From: an uncultured Bacteroidales bacterium
GTDB lineage: Bacteria > Bacteroidota > Bacteroidia > Bacteroidales > JAAAOM01
Direction: 5' to 3'
DNA length: 64,000 bases
NCBI GenBank assembly: GCA_964652315.1
Contig: CAZZBU010000001.1
Coordinates: forward strand, 84,870 to 148,869
Shown here: positions 24,353-34,538 of the stretch, piece by piece
Layout: every line of letters begins with the position of its first letter
How positions within the stretch are numbered: position 1 is the first letter of the stretch
The notes under the pieces: model-generated
The model's input: only the letters and a program-made list of their open reading frames with translations
Database searches by the model: none
What the model was told of the DNA's origin: nothing
Translations under genes and position numbers: made by a program

Positions 24353-25258
24353 TTACCTGTCAAGAATCCCCATGATTCTCTCCAAATCTTCATCAGACTT
24401 GAATGGAATAACGATTTTACCGGTACCGTTATTGCTTCGTTTAAATTCAATTTTTGTATTGAAAAAATCCGTTAGATGAGATTTTAAATCCTCGTACTCT
24501 TTAGTGTGCTCTGTTTGAGGCTCTTTTGGCTGGGGAGGATGTTCTTTCCGGTCCTTGAGTTTTCGCACCAGTTCCTCGGTTTTACGTACGGAAAGCTCAT
24601 CGCTGATGATTTTTTTATATGCTTCCAGTTGAATTTCCGGGTCTTCTACAGTAATGATAGTCCGGGCGTGTCCCATGCTGAGGCTACCTTCCTGTATTCC
24701 CTTTTGAATCAACGGCGGAAGTTTAAGCAGGCGCAGGTAATTGGATACGGTGGCCCTGTTTTTTCCAACCCTCGAACTAACCACTTCCTGAGTGAGGTCA
24801 CATTCTTCGATCAGCCGCTGATAACTAAGCGCTATTTCAATGGCATCAAGGTCTTCACGCTGTATGTTTTCAACCAGTGCCATCTCAATCATTGACTGGT
24901 CGTTGGCTTCACGGATATAGGCAGGAATCTGCCCCAAACCGGCAATTTTAGCTGCCCGCAAACGGCGTTCACCGGTGATTAGCTGATATTTTTTATCGTT
25001 AAGCTTGCGAACAGAGATGGGTTGAATGATGCCCAGTTCTTTAATTGATTCGGCAAGTTCATTCAGGGCTACTTCATCAAATACCGAACGTGGTTGATAG
25101 GGGTTAACCTCAATTTCTTCGAGGGCTACTTCCCGAACCGTGTTGGTAGGATCATCAACTACATCGGTATGCAGTTTTTCCTTGTGCCCGGATTTATTCT
25201 CCTCATGGTTTTCAATGAGTGCACCTAAACCCCTTCCAAGTGCATTTTTTTTTGCCAT
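24353..25258 (-). CDS. parB: Chromosome partitioning protein ParB
   Basis: LGRGLGALI start, QPRSVFDE, GERRLRAAK (arginine patch) and an HTH region. Confidence 0.9.
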   Translation of the reverse strand: MAKKNALGRGLGALIENHEENKSGHKEKLHTDVVDDPTNTVREVALEEIEVNPYQPRSVFDEVALNELAESIKELGIIQPISVRKLNDKKYQLITGERRLRAAKIAGLGQIPAYIREANDQSMIEMALVENIQREDLDAIEIALSYQRLIEECDLTQEVVSSRVGKNRATVSNYLRLLKLPPLIQKGIQEGSLSMGHARTIITVEDPEIQLEAYKKIISDELSVRKTEELVRKLKDRKEHPPQPKEPQTEHTKEYEDLKSHLTDFFNTKIEFKRSNNGTGKIVIPFKSDEDLERIMGILDR

Positions 25259-25262
25259 TGAT

Positions 25263-26066
25263 TTATTCCTCTATAATTTTTTCTGTGTTGCTAATTTTAG
25301 TTTCGTCATTCTTTTGAAGAATTTCACGTGCCAGATTCAAATAATTGATGGCGCCTTTTGATTCTGCATCATAAAGCACCACTGGCTTACCAAAGCTTGG
25401 TGCTTCGCTGAGTTTAATGTTTCGCTGAATAATGGTTTCAAAAACCATCATCTGGAAGTGTTTTTTCACTTCTTCCACCACCTGGTTCGAGAGCCGAAGT
25501 CGTGGGTCATACATGGTTAGGATGAACCCTTCAATTTCGAGGGATGGATTCAGCCGTCCCTGTATAATTTTGATGGTATTCAGCAGTTTACCCAATCCTT
25601 CAAGCGCAAAATACTCACACTGCACCGGTATGGCAACAGAATGTGCTGCTGTTAATGCATTTACAGTTATCAGGCCCAGGGAAGGGCTACAGTCAATCAG
25701 GATATAATCATACTCCTTTTTGATTTTGCTGATGACATTATGCAGCATTTTTTCCCGTTCAGGCATGTTGAGCATCTCAATCTCAGCCCCTACCAGGTCA
25801 ATATGCGAGGGTATCAGATCCATTCCTTCTATTTCTGTGTTTAGAATGATGTCATTCGGATCAATATCATCAACGAGGCATTCGTAAATGCTCGTGTTAA
25901 TGCTACGTACATCAAATCCGGTACCTGAAGTGGCATTGGCCTGCGGATCGGCATCAATAAGTAACACTTTTTTCTCTAAAACGGCCAGGCTGCCGGCCAG
26001 ATTTATTGCTGTAGTTGTTTTTCCAACTCCACCTTTCTGATTTGCTAGCGCAATAATTTTTGTCAT
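25263..26066 (-). CDS. parA: Chromosome partitioning ATPase ParA/Soj
   Basis: Deviant Walker A NQKGGVGKTTT. IDADPQANAT motif. ATG at 26066 is preferred over the TTG at 26075. Confidence 0.9.
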   Translation of the reverse strand: MTKIIALANQKGGVGKTTTAINLAGSLAVLEKKVLLIDADPQANATSGTGFDVRSINTSIYECLVDDIDPNDIILNTEIEGMDLIPSHIDLVGAEIEMLNMPEREKMLHNVISKIKKEYDYILIDCSPSLGLITVNALTAAHSVAIPVQCEYFALEGLGKLLNTIKIIQGRLNPSLEIEGFILTMYDPRLRLSNQVVEEVKKHFQMMVFETIIQRNIKLSEAPSFGKPVVLYDAESKGAINYLNLAREILQKNDETKISNTEKIIEE

Positions 26067-26357
26067 AAAAGCCAAAAAATTTATGGTAAATAGGTTTACA
26101 AGTATAACTATTATTTCTGAAACCGCTCCAAAATTACAATTTATGCCTGTACCTAATTTTTAACAATGGACAGTTTTGTAAACAATATATTTGTAGTTAT
26201 CAACACTTTATTAACAATTGAATCATAATCGATTGTAATGCAGGTATTTGTAATTACACTCAAGGGGTCTTTAAGCCGAGGTTATTAACAATCCGATCAC
26301 TAGTATTAATCTGTTGATTTATAAGATCGTGGCGTTATTGTTTTGATAGTCAGATTA

Positions 26358-27482
26358 TTATTTTAAGGCATGGAGTTCATCTGTGATGTCTATCTCATAC
26401 AGCACCGGCCAGTACTTACCTGTTACAAATAAGTGACCGGTTTCCGCATTATATGCAATGCCGTTTAATACATTATCTTTGTTTCGCCGAAGATTTTTTG
26501 GAACAAGATTGCTAAGATTGAGCTTTGCCAGCACTTTGCCCGTTGCCGGATCAATAACTACTATGAAATCTTCTCCCCAGATATTAGCAAATACCATATC
26601 ATGAATGTATTCGAGTTCGTTCAGATAAGTAACCATTCCCTTGTTATCATATACAACTATCTGATCGGTTTGGGTGAAATATTCAGGTTCGAGAAAATAC
26701 AAACGGGCAGTGCCGTCGCTGAGAATAAATTGGTCACCGTCAAAGGTTAGTCCCCAACCTTCTTTGGTGTCATAATAAATCTTTTGTAGCTGCGTGAATG
26801 TGGTTTTGTCATAAATAAATCCAACCTGCTCCTTCCATGTCAATTGAAAGATTTTATCGTTGTAAATGGCAATACCCTCTCCAAAAAACTCGCTGCCGAT
26901 ATCGAGGATGCTAATAATTTCTCCTGTTTCGGGCTTGATTTTTCGCAACGATGATTTTCCATACTGACCTGTGCTTTCATATAAAAACCCGTCATCATAA
27001 ATTAATCCCTGAATAAAAGCTTTTTCATCATGAGGAAAAGTATTGACCAGGCGATAGTTTAATTCTTTGGGAACGATATCGCTCAACATCGTAACATTTA
27101 CAGTGGCCGGTTCTTTAATTGAATCGCCGTAATAAGCAAGAAACCTCAGTCTGTTTTGACCGAGGCTGGCATTGGTGCTTTTCCATGTCAACGACAGATC
27201 ATCTTCGAACTTGCGTATCCTTTCATTATCTTTCAAAAGAACTACTGAATCCGGCCTTAAATCTGATTTTTTTAATTCAAGTTCAATGTCCACCTGCTCT
27301 CCAAGCGTGAAGACTGCGTCCTTTGAGGGTTGTATAATCCTGAGGTTATCAATCCGGGGAGCACGTGATTCGGCTTCAGTAGCTGGTCTTTTTTTCTCAG
27401 GACTGGTACAATAAGTAGCGGTATATAAAAGTACCACCATCAGGGGATGCACAAAAAAAAATCGGAAAATTGACGCTTTCAC
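26358..27482 (-). CDS. Glutaminyl-peptide cyclotransferase (beta-propeller type) with an N-terminal extra domain
   Basis: [27 protein letters not shown] and EGWGLTFDG signatures of plant/bacterial-type glutamine cyclotransferase. Confidence 0.75.
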   Translation of the reverse strand: [374 protein letters not shown]

Positions 27483-27532
27483 AGGAATAAGGGGTTTATA
27501 GATTAATATACGATAAATTTATTGATAATCAG

Positions 27533-27955
27533 TTATTTAAACAGACTTTTTATCCTGTTTCCTACTGACTTATTGGTTTTAACCAGACTGTCATACTCAA
27601 AGGTAGGGGAGTCCTGTTTATCAGGATTTAAAATCTGCCAAATCTCACTCCATCCCAGGAAACCACCAACATTCCTGTCATCAATAAATACATCTGCATC
27701 TATTTTTCTTGAAACAGATTCTTCATACACTTCTTCGGGATAACTTGCATTGACAGCGTAAAATTCCAATCCTTTGGACCGGCAGAACTCCACCGCTTCA
27801 TCAAGTTCTTTTCCGGCCCTGAAGGTCCATAGGATTAATTGATGGCCCTGTCTTTCCAAAGCCTTGAGCGTGTCAAAAGCAAAGAGCAACTCTTCGCCTA
27901 TTTCGGGGTATCTGTGTTCTACTATCGTCCCGTCAAAATCAACGGCTATTTTCAT
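27533..27955 (-). CDS. Small HAD-superfamily-like hypothetical protein
   Basis: MKIAVDFDGTIV (DxDGT motif I) and DVFIDDR near the C-terminus. Confidence 0.5.
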   Translation of the reverse strand: MKIAVDFDGTIVEHRYPEIGEELLFAFDTLKALERQGHQLILWTFRAGKELDEAVEFCRSKGLEFYAVNASYPEEVYEESVSRKIDADVFIDDRNVGGFLGWSEIWQILNPDKQDSPTFEYDSLVKTNKSVGNRIKSLFK

Positions 27956-28141
27956 TTTATTTTCTTTTATTTTCTATTCAACTTCATCATCAGCTATAAA
28001 AATAGTAATAATATGGTTTCTGAACACAAAAGCCAAAGATTTTAAATATTGATTTTTATTTTTATCTTTAGTCCTTCGGTAATGGATGATTTTGAATTAT
28101 CATTATTTCAATTTATAGTGATTTTAACTATATAATTTATT

Positions 28142-28897
28142 ATGAAACAAAAAAGTTCAATCGTGAAGCAAATTCCTAACTTACTTACATCAATTAATAT
28201 CTTAATAGGTTGCATTGCCATTACCCTGGCTTTTCAGAATAACGTATTAACGGCAAGTTATCTGATTTTTCTTGCTGCATTCATTGATTTTCTGGATGGT
28301 TTTATGGCCAGGAAACTTAATGCCATCTCTGATTTTGGGAAAGTGCTGGATTCCCTTGCCGATGTGATAAGTTTTGGCGTAACACCAGCAGTGATTATGT
28401 ACCGGATGTTGAATATGGCCCTTACCAATCAAAATCCCACCTTTAGTGAGGAAACGGCCACCCTCCTTGATAACGTGAATTTATATGGGGCTTATCTTTT
28501 GGTCGTATTTGCGGCTATCAGGCTTGCAAGGTTTTCCACAAGCGAATCCGATGGCCGTTTTTTTGTTGGATTGCCAACCCCGGCCATGGCTATAACAATA
28601 GCGGCCGTTGCCATTTTATTCCAGGAAACGGACAGCAATAACCTCAGGGAGATTATTCTAAACAACTATTTTTTAATCACCATCACACTTATTTTGTCTT
28701 TGTTGATGGTTTCGCATCTGAAAATGTTTTCCCTTAAATTTGAAAACCTGAGTTTTCAAGACAATGCCATTCGATATATCTTTCTTATCCTGGCCGTGTT
28801 CCTTTTAATTCCATTTCGTTTTTCTGGAATTCTGCTTGTGATGTTGCTTTACATTCTTATTTCGGTTGTAAATGCCCTGTTTGTAAAGTCCAGATGA
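28142..28897 (+). CDS. pssA: CDP-diacylglycerol--serine O-phosphatidyltransferase
   Basis: CDP-alcohol phosphatidyltransferase motif DFLDGFMARK...GKVLDSLADVISFG. Polytopic. Confidence 0.8.
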   Translation: MKQKSSIVKQIPNLLTSINILIGCIAITLAFQNNVLTASYLIFLAAFIDFLDGFMARKLNAISDFGKVLDSLADVISFGVTPAVIMYRMLNMALTNQNPTFSEETATLLDNVNLYGAYLLVVFAAIRLARFSTSESDGRFFVGLPTPAMAITIAAVAILFQETDSNNLREIILNNYFLITITLILSLLMVSHLKMFSLKFENLSFQDNAIRYIFLILAVFLLIPFRFSGILLVMLLYILISVVNALFVKSR

Positions 28898-29157
28898 GAA
28901 AACCTCATTGCTTCCACATTATTATTTTGTTGTATTGATGAGGTTTATCCCTGTCAGGTGGGCGGATATAGATGACAGAATAATTTGGAAATTAATTAGA
29001 ATCCTTCCGCCCTTCAAAATCACCTTTTAATAGTACGTTTGCTTTACATTTTGTGATACATGCCCGACGGGTATATTTTCTCCGGGAAACATTTATAAAA
29101 GTTATTTGTTTGAGAAATGAAATATAAGTTTTTTTAAACAGAATAACTATATTTATC

Positions 29158-29988
29158 ATGTATAAAAGTGCAATAGCCAATATATTACCTATATCCGGAA
29201 TAAAAAAGTTGAGCAGATATTTAACCATAGGGTTCGTTCTTGTTTTATTTTCGACAATCCTCTTTGCTGAAGAGGAGGAGTTGGAAGTAGGAATTGTGGA
29301 AAATCTGAATGAAACCATACCCGGCTCAATACGGCTCCTTAACGAAGATGGACGGACAGTAACCCTTACTGATATTATCGATAAACCCACCGTAATTTCT
29401 CTGGTTTATTACCGTTGCCCTGGAATATGCAGTCCTCTGATGGATGGCATTGCCAATGTAATGGATAGAACCGATTTGATTCCCGGCAAGGATTATCAGG
29501 TTTTAACAATTAGTTTTGATCCTCGCGAATCCATCGATCTCGCCCTGAAAAAGAAGATGAATTATATGGGTTTGGTCAATAAAAAGGAAGCCATTGATAC
29601 AGGCTGGACTTTTTATGTTTCCGACAGTGCCAACATTGCACAATTAACCCAGGCTGTTGGTTTCAGATACAAACAAACCGGCAATGACTTTTTACATTCA
29701 GGCACTTTGATTTTTCTTAGTCCGGATGGAAAAATCACCCGCTACCTCAATGGCACTCAATTCCTTCCCTTTGAATTTAAAATGGCTTTGCTAGAAACAT
29801 CCAGAGGACAGACCGGGCCTACTATTAATAAGGTATTGCAGTATTGCTATTCTTATGACCCCAAAGGTCAGACTTATGTGTTAAACATCACACGGGTTGC
29901 AGGTACGCTCATTATGATTCTTGCACTTGCCGTATTTTTGTATTTAGTGTTAAAACCAGTGTTTTCAAGAAAATTATCAACGAATTAG
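29158..29988 (+). CDS. SCO1/SenC-family copper chaperone
   Basis: Thioredoxin-fold CPGIC (CxxxC) motif and a downstream His region. First gene of the oxidase operon. Confidence 0.8.
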   Translation: MYKSAIANILPISGIKKLSRYLTIGFVLVLFSTILFAEEEELEVGIVENLNETIPGSIRLLNEDGRTVTLTDIIDKPTVISLVYYRCPGICSPLMDGIANVMDRTDLIPGKDYQVLTISFDPRESIDLALKKKMNYMGLVNKKEAIDTGWTFYVSDSANIAQLTQAVGFRYKQTGNDFLHSGTLIFLSPDGKITRYLNGTQFLPFEFKMALLETSRGQTGPTINKVLQYCYSYDPKGQTYVLNITRVAGTLIMILALAVFLYLVLKPVFSRKLSTN

Positions 29989-30006
29989 TGTATAAATATT
30001 GATTAA

Positions 30007-31620
30007 ATGAGTAACCAGAAACAGGACGGAGTAAAACCAAACTACCTCGAACATAAGGGTAAGTATAAAGGGATATTCGGATGGATTTTCTCTACCGATC
30101 ATAAACGCATAGGATTATTATATCTTTATTCCATCATGGTATTCTTCTCGGTGGGTGCCATTTTGGGACTTTTAATGAAGCTGGAATTAATAGCACCGGG
30201 AAAAACTATCATGGATGCCCAGACCTATAACGGTGTTTTTACCCTGCATGGCATTATTATGATTTTTTTAATTGTCATCCCCGGATTACCTGCGGTCTTT
30301 GGTAACTTTTTTCTTCCCATTATGATAGGAGCAAAAGATGTTGCTTTTCCGCGATTAAACCTGCTTTCATGGTGGGTATATATGGTTGGGGCTATTGTGG
30401 CGTTGACCTCACAATTCTTAAGTGGAGGGCCACCTGATACCGGATGGACCTTTTATGCTCCATACAGTTTTAAAACCGGTACCAATATGCTGCCGGCAGT
30501 TTTAGGTGCTTTTATTCTTGGGTTCTCATCCATCCTTACCGGGCTCAATTTCATTGTGACCATGCATCGCATGCGTGCCCCGGGCATGGGATGGCTTAAA
30601 ATGCCCCTTTTTCCCTGGACCCTTTACGGTACTGCATGGATACAATTGCTGGCCACCCCGGTTGTTGGTATTACCCTTCTTATGATTGTAGCAGAACGCA
30701 CATTGAACATCGGTTTTTTTGACCCGGCCCTTGGAGGTGATCCCGTGCTTTACCAGCATCTTTTTTGGATTTATTCTCATCCGGCAGTTTACATTATGAT
30801 TTTACCGGCTATGGGAGTGATATCAGAGATATTGCCCACCTTTGCACGTAAAACTATTTTTGGCTATAAAGCACTGATTGTATCTACCATGGCCATTGCA
30901 TTTGTGGGATACCTGGTTTGGGGGCACCACATGTTTACTGCAGGAATGAGCGGTACAGCCCAATTTGCTTTTTCGTTCCTGACTTTTCTTGTGGCCATTC
31001 CTTCGGCCATAAAAGTATTTAACTGGATATCTACATTATACAAGGGATCCATACAGTTTGGAACTCCCTTATACTGGGCAGCTTCATTTATTTTTGTATT
31101 TATGGTTGGGGGTTTATCCGGACTTGTGTTGGGTTCACTTGCTACCAATGTGCATGTTCATGATACAGCCTTTGTTGTGGCACACTTCCATTTTATTGTA
31201 TTTGGTGGGGTTGGATATGCTTTTTTTGCTGCCATTCATTACTGGTTTCCAAAAATTTTCGGAAGGATGTACGATTCCGGATGGGCCAATACAGGTTGGC
31301 TGGTCTTCTTTATAGGATTTTTATCCCTTTATACGCCAATGTTCTATTTGGGTATTGCCGGGATGCCGCGAAGGTATTTTGATTATCTGCCACAATTCCA
31401 TGGGGCAAATATACTCTCATCTCTGGGTGCTATTTTTATGATCTTCGGGTTAATTATCATTATTGCAAACCTCATACGTTCATCAAAACATGGTGAGATA
31501 GCTCCTACAGATCCATGGGGTGGCAGAACGCTGGAATGGAGTGTGCCCAGTCCGCCTCCCTTGGAGAATTATGAGGAAATACCACGAATTACGCGAGGGC
31601 CGTATGATTATAAGGACTAA
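30007..31620 (+). CDS. ctaD: Cytochrome c oxidase subunit I (A2-type)
   Basis: Twelve-TM haem-copper oxidase. WFFGHP-equivalent FWIYSHPAVY (YS motif) and HHMF, HFHF motifs. Confidence 0.95.
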   Translation: MSNQKQDGVKPNYLEHKGKYKGIFGWIFSTDHKRIGLLYLYSIMVFFSVGAILGLLMKLELIAPGKTIMDAQTYNGVFTLHGIIMIFLIVIPGLPAVFGNFFLPIMIGAKDVAFPRLNLLSWWVYMVGAIVALTSQFLSGGPPDTGWTFYAPYSFKTGTNMLPAVLGAFILGFSSILTGLNFIVTMHRMRAPGMGWLKMPLFPWTLYGTAWIQLLATPVVGITLLMIVAERTLNIGFFDPALGGDPVLYQHLFWIYSHPAVYIMILPAMGVISEILPTFARKTIFGYKALIVSTMAIAFVGYLVWGHHMFTAGMSGTAQFAFSFLTFLVAIPSAIKVFNWISTLYKGSIQFGTPLYWAASFIFVFMVGGLSGLVLGSLATNVHVHDTAFVVAHFHFIVFGGVGYAFFAAIHYWFPKIFGRMYDSGWANTGWLVFFIGFLSLYTPMFYLGIAGMPRRYFDYLPQFHGANILSSLGAIFMIFGLIIIIANLIRSSKHGEIAPTDPWGGRTLEWSVPSPPPLENYEEIPRITRGPYDYKD

Positions 31621-31652
31621 CGTTATTTCATAACCGATTAAACTAAGCTTTT

Positions 31653-32276
31653 ATGTCGCAGCAAGCATCAGCGCAAGTACATATTGAACACCGTGATGAT
31701 ACCGCCTCGAAGATTGGCATGTGGTTGTTTATTTTCACAGAGTTGTTGCTTTTTGGTGGTTTGTTTATTGTCTATTCTGTTTACAGGTATGAGTATTCAA
31801 CAGCTTTTCATTTGGCTGGTCAGGAACTGTCCGTTACCATGGGTACCATTAATACCATTGTGCTCCTTATTAGCAGCATGAGCATTGCCATGTCGACAAC
31901 AGCAATTCGCCGGGGAGAAATAAAACGTACTGTTGCTTTACTCGGAGTAACCTTGGTTCTTGCTCTGGTGTTTATGGTTAACAAATATTTTGAGTGGTCC
32001 GGAAAAATTGAACATGGATTATTCCCTGGTTCATCTGTTTTACAAGACTTCGGACAGGGAGATACTTTGTTTTTTGGTTTGTATTTTTTCATGACAGGCC
32101 TGCATGCCCTGCATATCATCGTGGGTATTGTGTTTATTGCAGTGATTATGGTAAAGGTTATGAAGGAACAGATAAATCAGGATTATAACATACAACTCGA
32201 AAATGCCGGATTATACTGGCATCTGGTCGACTTAATCTGGATATTTCTGTTTCCGCTTTTTTATCTCATTGCCTGA
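31653..32276 (+). CDS. ctaE: Cytochrome c oxidase subunit III
   Basis: Five-TM layout. FFMTGLHALHIIVG and YWHLVDLIWIFLFPLFY signatures. Confidence 0.85.
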   Translation: MSQQASAQVHIEHRDDTASKIGMWLFIFTELLLFGGLFIVYSVYRYEYSTAFHLAGQELSVTMGTINTIVLLISSMSIAMSTTAIRRGEIKRTVALLGVTLVLALVFMVNKYFEWSGKIEHGLFPGSSVLQDFGQGDTLFFGLYFFMTGLHALHIIVGIVFIAVIMVKVMKEQINQDYNIQLENAGLYWHLVDLIWIFLFPLFYLIA

Positions 32277-32304
32277 AAATACATTTAATTAATACTTATG
32301 TTTT

Positions 32305-32592
32305 ATGTCAAATAACGAAAAACATCATACAGTAAGTTACCGGACTTATTTTTATGTTTTATTGGGTTTATTGATGCTTACAGGCCTGTCGGTTGCTGTA
32401 ACCCGCGTGGATCTTGGAGGAATGCCTGTTTTTGTTGCCCTGTTGCTGGCATCATTGAAATCAGTACTGGTATTGGTTTATTTTATGCATCTTAAGTTTG
32501 ATAATAAGCTTTATGCTATCATGGTTGGGCTTGTTCTGGCTGTTTTCGTCATTGTTGTGGTCATTACATTTTTGGATTATACTTACAGGTAA
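32305..32592 (+). CDS. Prokaryotic cytochrome c oxidase subunit IV family protein
   Basis: 95 aa, three TM helices, HHTVSYRTY start typical of COX4_pro. Operon position after subunit III. Confidence 0.7.
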   Translation: MSNNEKHHTVSYRTYFYVLLGLLMLTGLSVAVTRVDLGGMPVFVALLLASLKSVLVLVYFMHLKFDNKLYAIMVGLVLAVFVIVVVITFLDYTYR

Positions 32593-32614
32593 CATATTAA
32601 CGTGATATTAAACT

Positions 32615-33550
32615 ATGTATTCTAACGCTTCAAATTTTGTTAAAGATGTTGATACGGCTTTTGCAGTCATCTTTATCGTTACCCTTTTTTTCCTTGTTTC
32701 CCTTACCGGAGTGCTCATATACTTTTTGGTAAAATACCGGGAAAAGAAAAATCCAACACCCACACAAATTGAAGGAAATACTACCTTGGAGCTTGTCTGG
32801 ACCTTTATACCCCTTTTAATTGTGATGGGCATGTTTTATTTTGGATGGACCGGATGGAAACCAATGCGTTCTAAACCACCGAAAGATTCCATGAATATTA
32901 AGACTACTGCACGCATGTGGAGTTGGGATTTTGAATATGAAAACGGTAGACGTACGGATACCCTTTATGTACCGCAAGGGAAATCTGTTGCCTTGCAACT
33001 CGATGCCCTTGACGTGATCCACAGCCTTTATATCCCCGCTTTCAGGGTAAAGCAGGATATGGTTCCCGGCAGGGAAGATCAGATGTGGTTTATTGCTAAC
33101 AGCCCGGGGAAATATGATTTATTCTGTACGGAATATTGCGGGTTAAGACATTCTTACATGTATACTTCTGTTGTTGTGATGCCGCCTGATGAATTTGAGA
33201 AATGGTACACAGACACAACAACTGTGGCCAGGGGTGAAGAAGCTGCCACACCCACAGCAGCCGGCCGGCAGATTGTGCAACGCCTGGGGTGCAATGCATG
33301 TCATTCTACTGACGGATCAAGACTTGTCGGGCCCACCTTTAAAGGAATATTTGGGAAAGAAGAAACTGTGATTACAGACGGAAACGAACGCACTATTACC
33401 GTGGATGAGGAATACATTAAACGCTCGATACTTGAACCCAATGCTGATGTTGTGGAGGGGTTTAATAAAGGACTTATGCTCTCTTACAAGGATCAGTTAA
33501 CGGAGGAAGAGCTGAACCAGGTGGTTGAATATTTAAAAACAATTGAGTGA
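32615..33550 (+). CDS. ctaC: Cytochrome c oxidase subunit II with fused C-terminal cytochrome c domain (caa3-type)
   Basis: Two N-terminal TM helices. CuA site HSLYIP...CTEYCGLRHSYM. Haem c motif CNACHS. Confidence 0.9.
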   Translation: MYSNASNFVKDVDTAFAVIFIVTLFFLVSLTGVLIYFLVKYREKKNPTPTQIEGNTTLELVWTFIPLLIVMGMFYFGWTGWKPMRSKPPKDSMNIKTTARMWSWDFEYENGRRTDTLYVPQGKSVALQLDALDVIHSLYIPAFRVKQDMVPGREDQMWFIANSPGKYDLFCTEYCGLRHSYMYTSVVVMPPDEFEKWYTDTTTVARGEEAATPTAAGRQIVQRLGCNACHSTDGSRLVGPTFKGIFGKEETVITDGNERTITVDEEYIKRSILEPNADVVEGFNKGLMLSYKDQLTEEELNQVVEYLKTIE

Positions 33551-33618
33551 GGCGACCGGTCATTAAAATGTACATTATTTTAGTTTTGACCAAATGTTCG
33601 GCTTAAATGAAGAAAGCA

Positions 33619-33650
33619 AAAAATGGGGCTGAAAAAGTAACCCCATTTTT
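33619..33650. terminator. Bidirectional rho-independent terminator
   Basis: AAAAATGGGG, a 12-nt loop, then CCCCATTTTT, between convergent genes. Confidence 0.65.
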
Positions 33651-33656
33651 AGGTTG

Positions 33657-34370
33657 TTATAAATTGTCTGTTGTCCAGTTCGTTGTATTCTCTAATTCTC
33701 CGGTGTCATCATAGGTGGTGTAGTATCCACTTCCATCACTGTTCCATACAAACTCATAAACCGGAACGTTGTTCTCGAAATACTTTGCATAACCCGAATC
33801 ATCCGGACTACCTTTTATTTCCAGGTTGAATCCATCCTCAGAGTTTGACCAACTCAGGACAACGCTATCATCGCCCAATATTTCCCAGTTATACTCGTAG
33901 ATGAAATTGCCTGTTGTACTTTCGGTGTAATCATACACCCTTAGCCATCCGCTTGAACCGTCCTTTTGTTGTTCAGCAGAGATATAGTCTACCCTGCCGT
34001 TCCCAAAATCAACATCCATTTCCCACCCGTAGGTGTTCGAAGTTTCGGTGTAGTTTAACCATACTGATTGGCCTCCGTTGGTCCAAAAATAAACGCCATC
34101 GTCATATTCAGCACCTTCAACAGGATCAAAATACGCAAAATAAGAGTTGATGCTTTTTATTTGCGCAACATAGGCACTTACCTGAAGGGCATACCAGGTT
34201 TGTGAATTAGCAAGGTTTTCAGGCACATTAATCTCGTCAAGTTTGCTTTGAATTTCAGGCGAAACTACTTCGGGCGGTTTGTTGTTATCGTCGTCCTCAT
34301 CTTTCGAACATCCTGTAATGATAACCAACCCGAATAAAAACATGAATGAAATGCGCAATAAATGTTTCAT
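33657..34370 (-). CDS. Lipoprotein, probably surface-exposed (function unknown)
   Basis: Lipobox VIITG-C (Cys21, nt 34308-34310) followed by SKDEDDD. Rich in W, Y, N and G residues. Confidence 0.7.
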   Translation of the reverse strand: MKHLLRISFMFLFGLVIITGCSKDEDDDNNKPPEVVSPEIQSKLDEINVPENLANSQTWYALQVSAYVAQIKSINSYFAYFDPVEGAEYDDGVYFWTNGGQSVWLNYTETSNTYGWEMDVDFGNGRVDYISAEQQKDGSSGWLRVYDYTESTTGNFIYEYNWEILGDDSVVLSWSNSEDGFNLEIKGSPDDSGYAKYFENNVPVYEFVWNSDGSGYYTTYDDTGELENTTNWTTDNL

Positions 34371-34538
34371 AATTGTACTGATTTAATAATGATAATTTGA
34401 CAAATAAAGATAGCAAAAATTTGTACATACCACGTGATAACAAAAAGGTTGGATTATTAATAGAATAATGAGCTTTCCATGAGCATATTATCATTCATCT
34501 CTCAGAAGGCGATGAAAATAAACCTCAGACCAAAAATA

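Noticed and set aside
25317-25335. A parS-like sequence (TTTCACGTG core) at the 3' end of parA.
   Set aside because: Only about 11 of 16 positions match the TGTTTCACGTGAAACA consensus. The second half-site is missing, so it is not a palindrome.
28992-29390. A 132-aa minus-strand ORF spanning the pssA-SCO1 spacer and the SCO1 start.
   Set aside because: It overlaps the well-supported SCO1 CDS in antisense and has a low-complexity translation. There is no independent evidence for it.
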